Source: Syncephalis fuscata S228
Lineage: Eukaryota; Fungi; Zoopagomycota
Direction: 5' to 3'
Length of the DNA stretch: 64,000 nt
Assembly (NCBI GenBank): GCA_025786725.1
Contig: JAHLTZ010000021.1
Coordinates: forward strand, 124,001-188,000
Position 1 is the first letter of the stretch, and the number at the start of each line of letters is the position of its first letter. Below are positions 33,270 through 44,038 of this stretch, piece after piece. The position numbers were made by a program, and so were the translations under genes. Under the pieces are notes generated by a model, which did not search any database, was not told where the DNA came from, and saw only the letters and a program-made list of their open reading frames with translations.

Positions 33270-34253
33270 ATGAGGCTTTCCATTGCCGTCGTATGCGCTG
33301 TTGCCGTGGCTTTTGTAGCCACACAGCCATGGTAGATGCTAAGCCAAGCCGAGTTCGTCGTAGTACGTTATACTTATAACAAAGGTGTAAACTAGTATAC
33401 TAACTAACATTATGTTTAACTAATTGTAACATTAGGTGGTAAGCAACGCTATAAATCAATCGGTTATGTATTAATCATACGCCATACACTGCTTCTATTG
33501 AACCAATTGTCTTAATAGGACGTAAGTAATATTGTATACTAATCAGCAATGCAGCAATTAAATGTCATACATGTTGTGTTTTTGCCAATTTTATTAATAG
33601 GTCGTAAGTAATATTATATATCGAATAAACATATGCTAATCGCATGACATACATGTGCGTTTAATGATTTGGCGCTAACAGAGGGTAAGTGAGATTGGAT
33701 ACCAAGTAACCATGTACTAATTAAATGCTATGTACTTTGTACTACTAAATTGTATTGATAGGATGTAAGTAGCATTTTAGATTAATTATCAATCCAGTAA
33801 ACATATACCATGTACCGTGCGTGTGTGTGTGTTTAAACTTTAACATTAATAGTTGGTAAGTAGTATTACATGTCCAGTGACAATATGTTAATTAAATGCT
33901 ATCTAATGTGTATATCAAAACTTAATATTAATAGTTAGTAAGTAAAACTATATATTAATTGATTATATATTAAGCATACGCTATAAACTACTACATTCAA
34001 TAACTCGTATTATTAGGCAGTAAGCAGTAGTGTATATTAATATTATACGTTAATCATATTTCATGCACCATGTGTGATTTTTTTATCAATAGGTCGTAAG
34101 TGAAAGTATATATTTAATAGCAATACACTGATTACATGTTGTGCACTGTGTGCGCATTAAATCATAATAATAGTTTGTAAGTAAAATTGTAGAATAATGA
34201 GCTATGCACTAAGTATATGGCGTGTGTTGTATATATTTGTAAATATAGAATAA
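33270..34253 (+). CDS. Micro-exon secreted prepropeptide gene A (ten 3-nt exons); predicted MRLSIAVVCAVAVAFVATxAMVDAKPSRVRR-SGRQGFVSSL*
   Basis: Exon 1 is 33270-33362 (one base short near 33324). Micro-exons: GTG 33436-8, GAC 33519-21, GTC 33601-3, AGG 33682-4, GAT 33762-4, TTG 33853-5, TTA 33935-7, GCA 34017-9, GTC 34093-5, TTT 34174-6; each is flanked by YAG and GTAAG. Last exon starts at 34249 (AA TAA). Confidence 0.8.
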
Positions 34254-35035
34254 CCGGCGTTTTCAAGATATTGCATGGACAGTTTGCTTGAGATGCTAGC
34301 CCAATACAGTTTAGGTACATAATTGGCAAAGTGCAAAAACCATTTGTCAATTACAGTCTAGTTCAATCGTATACCAAGTTCCAGCTAATATTCCGGTTTA
34401 TTCAATTTTTAAAATAATGCTGTCGCTATATTGCCAACAAGTCTAAATTTACTTATGTCCAGCTGCTTATTAGAATTTGTAGCAATAAACGCATGATTTT
34501 ATTTTAACTATATGTAATCAAGCTATTATATTTATTACTTCGTATAAATACATTATTCTCATTGTATATTTATGATATAATAGATGCATTTTATTTGCTA
34601 TAGTTTGAGCACACTTTACTCACTTAATCGTATACACCATAACCTTCCATTACTGTTCATGTAGTTTTTTTGTCTGTTCGTTATTAACCAAGATTCATTA
34701 AGAAAATTTATTTTTTGCCACTAGTCGTATTTTTTGTATATTTCTATTTAATTTATTTAAACATGTAAATAAATATAACATATTTATTATAAACACATGA
34801 AAAGTTCAAAGTAAATAATGGGTATAGTAAAAATAAGTGTAATCAGAGAACAATCATGACGTGGCAGTTTTTATAAACTGTATAGTTCGATGTGATGTGT
34901 CGTTTGATAAGTGGATGATGAATTCTTAGGCAAGTATGTCGCTGAATTGCTTCATCACTTGTCATTTAGTACACGCGCAATCTTCCTCGGCATCAAGTCA
35001 AACGCCTGCGCTATTGTTTGTCACTCTTATCAACA

Positions 35036-35840
35036 ATGTACTGCAAATTCAATCTACTATACGCGCTATCGCTGGGTCTGGCTTTTGTCGGAACAGTGGC
35101 GCATGCACTCACGGTCGATGTAGAACCCAATGAAACAGAATGCTTCTTTGAAGATCTTAAGATAGGCAACACGCTATCTATCTCGTACGAGGTGGGCTTT
35201 GGTGGCCAGCAAAAGATCGACTTCTCGGTAAGTAGGCACATCTATTGTTGTTGTTGTTGTCAAAATAGCTCACGAGATGCTAATCTACCACCTTACAGTT
35301 GATGGATTCCACAGGCCGAGTTGTCCAAGTAAGCGCTCAACAAAACGCCGGTTTCTACACCGCTACTGCCGACCGTGATGGCCAGTATACCTACTGCTTC
35401 AACAATCACATGAACGATGGCCAGCTCAAGACCGTCAGCTTCTATATCCACGAAGATCATCGTCCACAAAACCAGCAAAGGGTAAGTAGAACGGTCAGGT
35501 GTGTTTGAATTATTTAGTTTTAACGCTATTTTATTATTATAGACAATAAAGAAGATGAACCACTACAGGAGGAAATTCGTACTTTGACCCGTAATGTGCA
35601 GGAGATACGCGAGCACCAGGAATACATTATCCAGCGTGAACGTGCTCACCGTAATAGTAAGTAGCAGTAATATGTTGACAACAATATGCAACGATACTAA
35701 CACTGCGTCTATTAGCCGCCGAAAGTACCAACGATCGTGTCAAATGGTGGTCAGTTGCAGAGACAGTTATTGTGTTGGGTGTGGCCTTTTTCCAGGTCAA
35801 CTATTTGAAACGTTTCTTCGAAGTGAAGCGTGTTGTTTAA
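35036..35840 (+). CDS. EMP24: p24/emp24/gp25L GOLD-domain cargo receptor, 4 exons
   Basis: Signal peptide; LTVDVEPNETECFFEDL; GQYTYCFNN; RERAHRNTAESTNDRVKWWS; FQVNYLKRFFEVKRVV*. Confidence 0.95.
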
Positions 35841-36051
35841 TTGTTTAAATGCAATAAGATGAATTAACTTTTCTTTTACAAGTACGACAAGTGGCAAAAT
35901 TATTATTTGATTGTTTATCTGCTTGTATATCTATTACAACAATTTGTGTTTATTTGTCAAACTAGGTATTAATTTATTCTAAACAAAACTTGAAACTATG
36001 GCATATCTACATCAAATAGACTAGTAACCAACTATTAATAAGATATATATA

Positions 36052-36599
36052 TCAGTGTAATAAAAACATACCTAGTATTGCCATTATCCAGCCTAGTCCC
36101 AGCATTGATAAGCTGTCGATTCGCCATAGATGGCGCGAAGGTGAAGACGAATACGCCAGATCGGTATCAATGGCAAAGTCGGTATGAATACTGACGTTTA
36201 GACTATGTCTACTGATACGGTTCATAATGACAACGCATAGACGGTGGTCGGACGAAGTAAACTGAAGTTCAGACTTGCCAGAATCACGGCGACAAATTGT
36301 AATATTGCCATTGCCGCTGCCACAGCTAATCTCGGGATAGACGTTGACAGGCTGTGGCGTATACGTGCTATTGACTCGGGTTATTGGGCGTGTCTTAGTG
36401 ATATTGTCAAAATTGAATCTGTCCATTACCCAGACCATGCTTGCACCGGGGGCCATGATGCGTGCCTCGTAGACAATACTTTTTAGATTGTTTTTTGAGC
36501 AGATACCTGCCACGGCAAATGGCAAGATAGTAAAGTTGAACATATCTGCCATGACCGTCTGCAACGGAAGCAAAAGCAGTACCAATAACACAGATACAT
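36052..36599 (-). CDS. Secreted/GPI-type 4-Cys family member 1 (1-nt deletion near the start)
   Basis: Signal peptide; VAGIC; ISC; ITIC; LCVVIMN; hydrophobic C-terminus. Confidence 0.7.
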
Positions 36600-37085
36600 T
36601 TTTAATGGTCGATGGCTATCGGTGGATAATAGTAAGCTAACAAATGACTTTGCCACACTCGTACGAATAGACTTACCTTTATGGCACAAAAATGACGCTG
36701 TGCCTGAAAGTGGCCATCATGACTAGAACTTGCACCAAGTAACATTGCTACACAGAATACCGACAACAACAGGAATTAATAAGGCTGATCTAACAAACTA
36801 TAGGGAAACAAGTCGCAGTAGTATAAAGAATACAACAGAAAGGAGAAGCTGGATAGAGATGCGCTGTGTGCATGTGAGTGTGCACTGTGTGCGTTCATCA
36901 ATTGCTCAGCAATTACTAGCCGGTTTGTAGGATGATTTGCGCATGGTGAGTGATTGGACATCCGCCACATACACGTGGTCTTTATTGCAGTAATAAACTA
37001 GGCGCAAAGTATTAATAAAAGGTTGTTTATTAATGATGCTGATGATAATCAAGTATTTGGAAAAAGGTAAACATGTCGGATTAAA

Positions 37086-37817
37086 TTAAAACAGCGATAG
37101 ATAGCCATACAGGGAAAAGTAGGCGAGAAACAGTGGCGAGCAGGTTGATTGTCTATAGAAAACATTAAAAGTATTATTGCTGCTATGTGTGCTGTTGTCA
37201 TGCTTGTTGTTTGCACTAACGGAAACAAGCTCGAGTTGTGCTCGTATTGTTGCCGTCACCGACTGCGTAACATTAGCATTGGATAGAACAATACAGATAC
37301 GGCTTGGTCTACTAATTGTTATCGGCTGGGTTTCTCGGTCTAAGTTGCTGCTATCCCATTATCACACCAGGTGATACGCTTGTCATCAGCAACACACGAT
37401 GGCTTTATGTAATAGTTGAATAGAGAACTAGTCTGGTCGGCCGATGATGCTAATCGTAGATCCGGCTTGTTTGTCGTTGTATTGGCAAATTGATTTGCAA
37501 GTTTAGTGTAGTTTTCAAAGTCAAGCACATAGACACCATCGAGTCCTGGACCATTAGTTACAGTGACATCAATGCTTATTTTATTAATCAAGCCTACGCT
37601 GCATTGGCTGCGGATTTGATCGGGCGGCACAACGGTAGAATTTTGAAATCTTTCAGCAATAACACAGTTCTATATCGGTGTGTTAGGCACGTTTATAAAA
37701 GTGTTATGGCTATATTTGTGCTATAGCACGTTTACCTACAGAGAATAAAAGTAGTAGCACTGCAGCTAGTAAGGTAGGAATCAGTCGCAGTGCTGAAGTT
37801 GAAATGGCAGTACACAT
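37086..37817 (-). CDS. Secreted/GPI-type 4-Cys family member 2 (one intron, apparent frameshifts)
   Basis: Signal exon MCTAISTSALRLIPTLLAAVLLLLFSV; PPDQIRSQC; VTNGPGLDGVY; PSC; ITWC; ICIVLSN; 3' end approximate. Confidence 0.65.
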
Positions 37818-38324
37818 TGTAGTTCTACAAGTAGCAGGTATGAGGAAAGGATATTACAGCAGCTGCTGTGTAGCACTGAGGAAATCATGAAGTGCAGCAA
37901 TCCACCATGTGATGCGAGCCGGCATCTGTCATATAATCGAAGAGTGAAGGGGGGAGCTGCAAAGTCGCCACTATCCTGTGGCTGTAATAATAAAATTCAT
38001 TCTAGTCTAACGAGTTATGATTTGCTCGTTATGTCGAATTGTTTTTCAAATAATGTGGTAGCACATGGTGCCCAAAAATTGATTGGCGCTAATAAAAATA
38101 GTACTGATTGAATGACGATAATGTGGAACGTGAATGGCCTTTGAAGCATAAGATGTTATCAAAAAAAACAAGCAGCTATAAAATGAGGAGATACTTGGCG
38201 GATATAGCTATAAATTCGCTACTATTCCTTCTAGTTGTTTCAGTTTTAGCATTTGCGCCTGCATCTTACTTACAGTTATCGGTTGCCGTGTTCATCCCTA
38301 CTCATTGCAAGATATATTAACAGC

Positions 38325-38882
38325 ATGCGTGTCACCGTCTTTCTACCCTTCGTCGTTGCCGGCCTCTTGGCAAGCTGTGCAGCAGCATATGAAATGAAGT
38401 TTAAGATTGCCGGCGGTCAAGTGGATGGTGTTTGCGCAAAAGGAATCTTCCAGTATGTGAAATACTCGGCAAAGGTGACCAGTGGCCAGCTGCACGCATC
38501 CTACTTTGTCCCACAGCCTTTCTACACTCAATATGTAAATGCCATTAAAAATAGCAAGACAGGAAGCACGCAGCTCAAGATGCTTTTTGACAAAAACAAC
38601 TCTTGTTTACCGGACCCTTCTGTCACCAATAGCCGTATTAATGGCTGCAGCATCGGTGAAGCAAACACAGCATCCATTCAAGTAGGCCCCGATCCTCTCT
38701 GCATCCTACTCGACAACACGGCCACCGGTACTGAGGCCGCTGTCGATTTGAAGTTCACTTTCGGCAACTCAACCAACATTAGCTACAACGGTGCTGGCTC
38801 GGCCTACGCTACCAGTTCAGTCAAGATTGCTGCTGCTGTGGTGTTATCTACCAGCATGATGGCATCCCAATTTTTGCTATAA
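38325..38882 (+). CDS. Secreted/GPI-type 4-Cys family member 3
   Basis: MRVTVFLPFVVAGLLASCAAA; GVC; YVKYSAKVTSG; NNSC; GCSIG; LCILLDN; GPI-like tail. Confidence 0.85.
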   Translation: MRVTVFLPFVVAGLLASCAAAYEMKFKIAGGQVDGVCAKGIFQYVKYSAKVTSGQLHASYFVPQPFYTQYVNAIKNSKTGSTQLKMLFDKNNSCLPDPSVTNSRINGCSIGEANTASIQVGPDPLCILLDNTATGTEAAVDLKFTFGNSTNISYNGAGSAYATSSVKIAAAVVLSTSMMASQFLL

Positions 38883-39603
38883 TTCATTTTCATTTACACT
38901 GTTCTTTAACGGCAGCATATTGTTATAAAATTTATAAATGATAACTAAGTTGTGTATTTTAAAATAGCATTATTATATAAATTAGTGATGTTGACAAATC
39001 TCTAAATTGTATTGATACAAATGGATTCCGTAGGCTGTATTATGAGTATAAAAAATAATGATTCTATTGTTGTTCTGGTTATTTTTCTATCCTATCATAC
39101 CGGAATATTAACAGGTTCTGGTGAATGCCTACACAAAATCCGATTAAATAAAATGATTTAAAACTTGGATATTAATAACTGAATGTTGCTAAAATAGCAC
39201 AATCTAGACTGTAGACTAGAGCAAACACTAGAAATTATCTAAATTTTGGAATAGCAGGTTATATCAAATGTCAAATAGGCCTTATTTGCTTAGTAGGCAG
39301 TCTGAGTCAATGCCTAATTGTTTCATAAACCAATCACACTGTAAACTCGATTATACTATCAGTGTTATAATGCATCATTATAACAAATAGAGATATAGGC
39401 CTTGCGTTCATTAGAAAGACTGAGTCAATATTCAATTTTTGTTGCAAAAACTATTATACAACAAATTCAGTATGCAAACATTTGGTATAAAAATCCAACG
39501 GTTGGGTGATGGTACCTACAATTGGCATCCTGATCTATTCACTACTCATTAGCCATTGGGTTAAAACCTTTATTTTTATTGCCTTTAGTTTCATACTTTT
39601 AAA

Positions 39604-40173
39604 ATGAAGCTCGTTTTTCTGACTGTTGCACTGACTGTTTTTGCCGCTACTGTCGGCGCTACTAAAAAAGACGCATTGCACATTGCCGCTAACGACGTCG
39701 CTGGTACATGCGCCAAATCTTTCTCATATTTATCCTACTCGGTAAAAGTTACCGATGGATCCTTAGAAGGCGCATACTTTATGACGGAAAAGGATTACCA
39801 ACAATTGAAGAAGAGACTTGACAACTCGACGGACTCTAGAGACGCCCTTCATTACGATGGAGATAATTCGTGCACTTCAGGCTCCGATAAAGACAGAAAA
39901 GGAATCAAGACGTGCGAAATTGGGAAAATTACTCCAAGTAAAATCGCAAAAAACGACGAAAACTACTGTATTGTATTGTCTAATCTAAACTCAAGAAATG
40001 TTGCCACGGTCGATTTTGAGTATAATTTTCTCAATGCCGATAAGAAGGCTATTGAGGCCAACTCTGGTAACAAGCAATCTAGCACTGTCATTATTTATTA
40101 CACTTTGCTTATGACGAGCACTCTGGCTACCTTTTATCCATGGCGTAATAATCTTTTTAATAAACGTTTATAG
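39604..40173 (+). CDS. Secreted/GPI-type 4-Cys family member 4
   Basis: MKLVFLTVALTVFAATVGA; GTC; YSVKVTDG; DNSC; TCEIG; YCIVLSN; hydrophobic tail. Confidence 0.85.
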   Translation: MKLVFLTVALTVFAATVGATKKDALHIAANDVAGTCAKSFSYLSYSVKVTDGSLEGAYFMTEKDYQQLKKRLDNSTDSRDALHYDGDNSCTSGSDKDRKGIKTCEIGKITPSKIAKNDENYCIVLSNLNSRNVATVDFEYNFLNADKKAIEANSGNKQSSTVIIYYTLLMTSTLATFYPWRNNLFNKRL

Positions 40174-40867
40174 CTGTTTAGGTGATTTTTTATTTGTTAA
40201 CTGAAATAATACAAAGATTGAACAGTCATTACACTAGTTATAATTAGACATTAATAATGAATCAACTATATTATACATTCACATCAGATATTACATTTAT
40301 ACAAGTGTAGCCACGATGACGAATAGTTTCTACTTCAGCACAAATACGGATTATCAGTTGACTAAACAGATACATGCATGGGAGCAGCCCATGCTTGAAG
40401 TAGCATAAACATACGCATTATTGATTTACTCTATACGCTACGCAGCCATATGTGCGATACAAGTTTCGTTTATAGATAGCCCACAGCATGTGTGGACTAA
40501 TACCTCTTACCTCAGTGAGTCATTATGTGCCTAAAAAAGGTCATATGGGCACTGATCGGCCTGTTTAAACTGGTAATTGCTAATTTTGAAAAAAACGTCC
40601 TACGTAATGGCCTGGCGAACCAAGGCGAAACGACCAATGGCTGAATAATAGTGACATGCCTTTGGACAACTCGCATTTGTTGTCTAAAAAAGAATATTCC
40701 ATGCTTTTAAGCTAATTCACGCCTTAGCAGGCATCAGCGCACATTTGATACTATAAATTCGCCCGAGTTTCTTGGTATTGTAGCTTAACATTATTCTTCG
40801 CTCTCTCAACATTGACCATTATTCGAAGTTGTTTTATTGTCACTTGAGCGATTATTGTATATTCACA

Positions 40868-41540
40868 ATGTACGCCAAAACTTTACTGTCTGTCCTATGC
40901 ACAAGCCTAATCTTCACGACCACACTGGCCGTTCAAACGACTACGGTGATCCCTCCTAGCGAGGTCAAAAGTACTTGTACCGATGCGGTTAGCCAATATG
41001 TCAAATATTCGGTTAAAGTCACTAGTGGAGGTTTAACTGCGGTTTATCTATCGCCCGTAAGCAATGCTCAATCTTATGAATTGGCGGCCAATAATGGAAG
41101 CAAGCTTACACTATTCACGGTTCTTTACGATAGACTAAACTCTTGTGCCAAAAGCACAGTCAATGGAGTTTTAGTTCCTCGTACCGAATGCAGTGCCGGA
41201 AAAACTTATCCATCTAAAACAGTGAGTATTACTGAACCATACTGCCTCGTATTCGACAACACGATGGGTAATATATCGGCCACTGTCGAAGCGGACTATA
41301 CCTTTACCAACTCTTCAACCAGTTGTAAGTGTAATATATATCCACATTGACAAACTCACTAACACTATAAATGACTTAGCAATACTACCTAACGGCGATA
41401 AAAGTACTTCCAACAGCGACGGCAAAAACAATGGCATTCTCGGCGGTCTTTTCAATAGTGCCAATACCAACAGCTTTAGTATATTCAACTATTTATTAAT
41501 CACCTTTATTGCCATTGCCATTGCATTCTTGTCCCAGTAA
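40868..41540 (+). CDS. Secreted/GPI-type 4-Cys family member 5 (intron 41325-41379)
   Basis: Signal peptide; STC; YVKYSVKVTSG; LNSC; ECSAG; YCLVFDN; exon 2 ends NSANTNSFSIFNYLLITFIAIAIAFLSQ* (GPI-like). Confidence 0.85.
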
Positions 41541-41729
41541 ATGTGTATATAACCATTTGAGACAGAAATGGTTTTACAGGTCATTAAAAACTAAATAATA
41601 ACATGCTAGTTTCTTATTCCACATAATATTTCATAATCAATTAAATATGTATTTAGCTTTATAAATTGGCAAATAAATATTGCTTTACGATTGCAACAAA
41701 ATTTATCAATTCTAAAATCAAAACCAACA

Positions 41730-42655
41730 TATGTTGAAATGACTATTTAGAAAAAACTGGAACACGATGACAATTTACGATTATTCGGCTGTTTAGATCT
41801 ATTTTACGGTTCTGATGTTTCTTTTTTTTGAGGTGTGGGACGTCTGTCATTTGTTTGAAGCAATAATAGTATTTGTTTGGCCAGCCAGGGGATATTTTTT
41901 AATTTCATTGAACTGGCAGTTAAGCCTAATATTTTTGATTTTTGATGAAGCATCGATCGGATGATGTAGATGTCTGGCCAGTACTTTGTAGAAAGGGGCG
42001 CAGGTTGTTCAAGAATCTTGTAGACTCATAGCAATAGGTTGCAGCTTTGAACACTCTGGAGGACGGTAATCTAAAACTTGAGTACACACATGCTTTTTAG
42101 ATTTTATAGTTTGCGATAGGTCAAGATCGATGAGGTTGACAAATAAGATAGGATGTTAGCTGATAAGAATATCTAGATAGTAAATTAAATAAGCAAAAAA
42201 CATATAACGCTCATTTATTAATTCCTGTTAAGCTTAATGTTGCTATGAGTCAGCCAATTTTATGAAAAAATGCAGCGTCTATAACAATATAGTTGGTATT
42301 TTGCGCAAATTAGTAAGAAAAGCGCTACTTTATTAGCCATTTTCGAATTGGATTTAGCAATCCTCTGCATATAGACAATGCAAGTTAAGAAATTGCCATA
42401 TTAACTATCTAATACTTACATCAAATATATTTTTTACTTGCTACATTTTAGAAATGTTGGTTTGTCATCATAAATTACATTGGATAATCTTGATCGCCCA
42501 TGACTGCAAAGTCACTTGATGAAAATTAGCTTATTAGCACCAAAAGCAAACATATTGTGGTGTTGATCAATGTGTTTAGCATAGGCAAATAAAAGTCTAC
42601 GTTAAGAAACTAAATAGAAGAAATATGCTGATTAGAAAATAAGGCTATGCGTCAT
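41730..42655 (-). pseudogene. Decayed protein kinase gene of the same type as 8011-9210
   Basis: Fragments YDDKPTFLKCSK*, FFHKIG(W)THSNIK, VNLIDLDLSQ, DYRPPEC and QDS* with several stops and shifts; boundaries approximate. Confidence 0.7.
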
Positions 42656-44038
42656 GCTTGAACCAGCCTAACTACCCAAGATTGGTCATGATTTCGGCAC
42701 ACGGAAACAAAAAGAACAGTGCCATGACGATTGGTGCCTAATCTATGTTCTTTAGTATGATCAACTGGTTATATGTTTTGGTTTAACCTTTAACGTGGCA
42801 TTTCATCACTATGAGCTTGTATGGCAGAGTTAATTATCTACATTTTTAATTACATTAGCAACTAGATAGTTTTATTTCGGTATCTTAGGCTTAATTGCAG
42901 CGTTTTTAGTTTGTAGACACAACACCAATATGGTAGTGACGACTCTAAATGGTTACAGACGTGCACACGTGTGTAGTTTTACACCAATTATTCCGGTTTA
43001 ACAGGGTCAAATATAGCTGTTGGTCAAACAACACCTTCTCAGCCTCTTAAAAAGGAAATATAAAATATGGAGAATAATTAAAATAGAATTCCGTATACAA
43101 TAAATGGCGATTAAACACTCCATCATTATACATTTTAAAAAATAGCAATTAATTCGTACATAAGTTCGAGTGTTTACAATGTTGTTAAATGCTAAAACTG
43201 ACTCGACCATTTAAAAATCCCAACAATCTGAATCTAGTATGTTGGCACACCATTGCTGTTTTTGTAAAATACTATAGAGACGTGTTAAAATTAATTACCA
43301 TTTTATGGATAAATAAAACCACAGCTTTATTAATTAACAAGCAAATGACTATAGCGTACATGTACATTAAATTGCATGGTATGTTACTCAGCACTATATC
43401 CACTGCTTTCAACGATTCAATGAGGGGCATTTGCGATAAAAATAGAAATAATTGCGCATACTAGTCATAGTACTACGCAGTATATTTAGTGATACTAATG
43501 TCAATACTCAAGGACAACTGGTTTGGCCAGAGGGCAGCTTCATAGTTGTCGGTATAGGAAATGTTACATCAAGCGGCAACAAATGTTGCACTCGACATTT
43601 TTATTCATTTCATTAATAATTACTAGCCAATAAGTAGGCTGCGTGCACGCCTGATGAAAAGTATCGCCTGTCAAACCTTCTGTATTTTATGGGGAAGAAT
43701 GGCTTGTACGAATCTACATGGTAACACCGCTTAATTCAGGCCTAGTCAACGCTATAGATTTCACGGTAATAGAAGTATCGTTGACATCACAGTATTACTT
43801 GACTATGAAATTTAGTAGTTTCACAGAGAAATACCTGATTTTTATAATGAAAATGCTGCTTTTTAAGCAGCTGCATTTGAATAGAATATTGGCACATCAT
43901 CTAATATCCATATTCGATTCTTTGCTTGCTTACGCAACCGCTGATTTTCTATTCAAGCAACTGAATTAATTAACGAAACTAATTGTCTATTTTCTGAAAG
44001 TTGATATATAATTATTGCCAAATTACTATTCAACGACA

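Noticed and set aside
33363-34248. CRISPR-like array or intronic snoRNA cluster as the explanation of the ~80-bp periodicity
   Set aside because: The context is eukaryotic with no cas genes; the constant part is exactly acceptor plus donor splice signals; the introns lack consistent C (RUGAUGA) and D (CUGA) boxes and are short for two-hairpin H/ACA RNAs
43007-43969. Short ORFs of 67-91 aa (likewise those at 1970, 13530, 32486, 34162, 54931, 62197-62685, 63107 and 63752)
   Set aside because: AT-rich, no motifs, or overlapping real genes, introns or UTRs; treated as spurious
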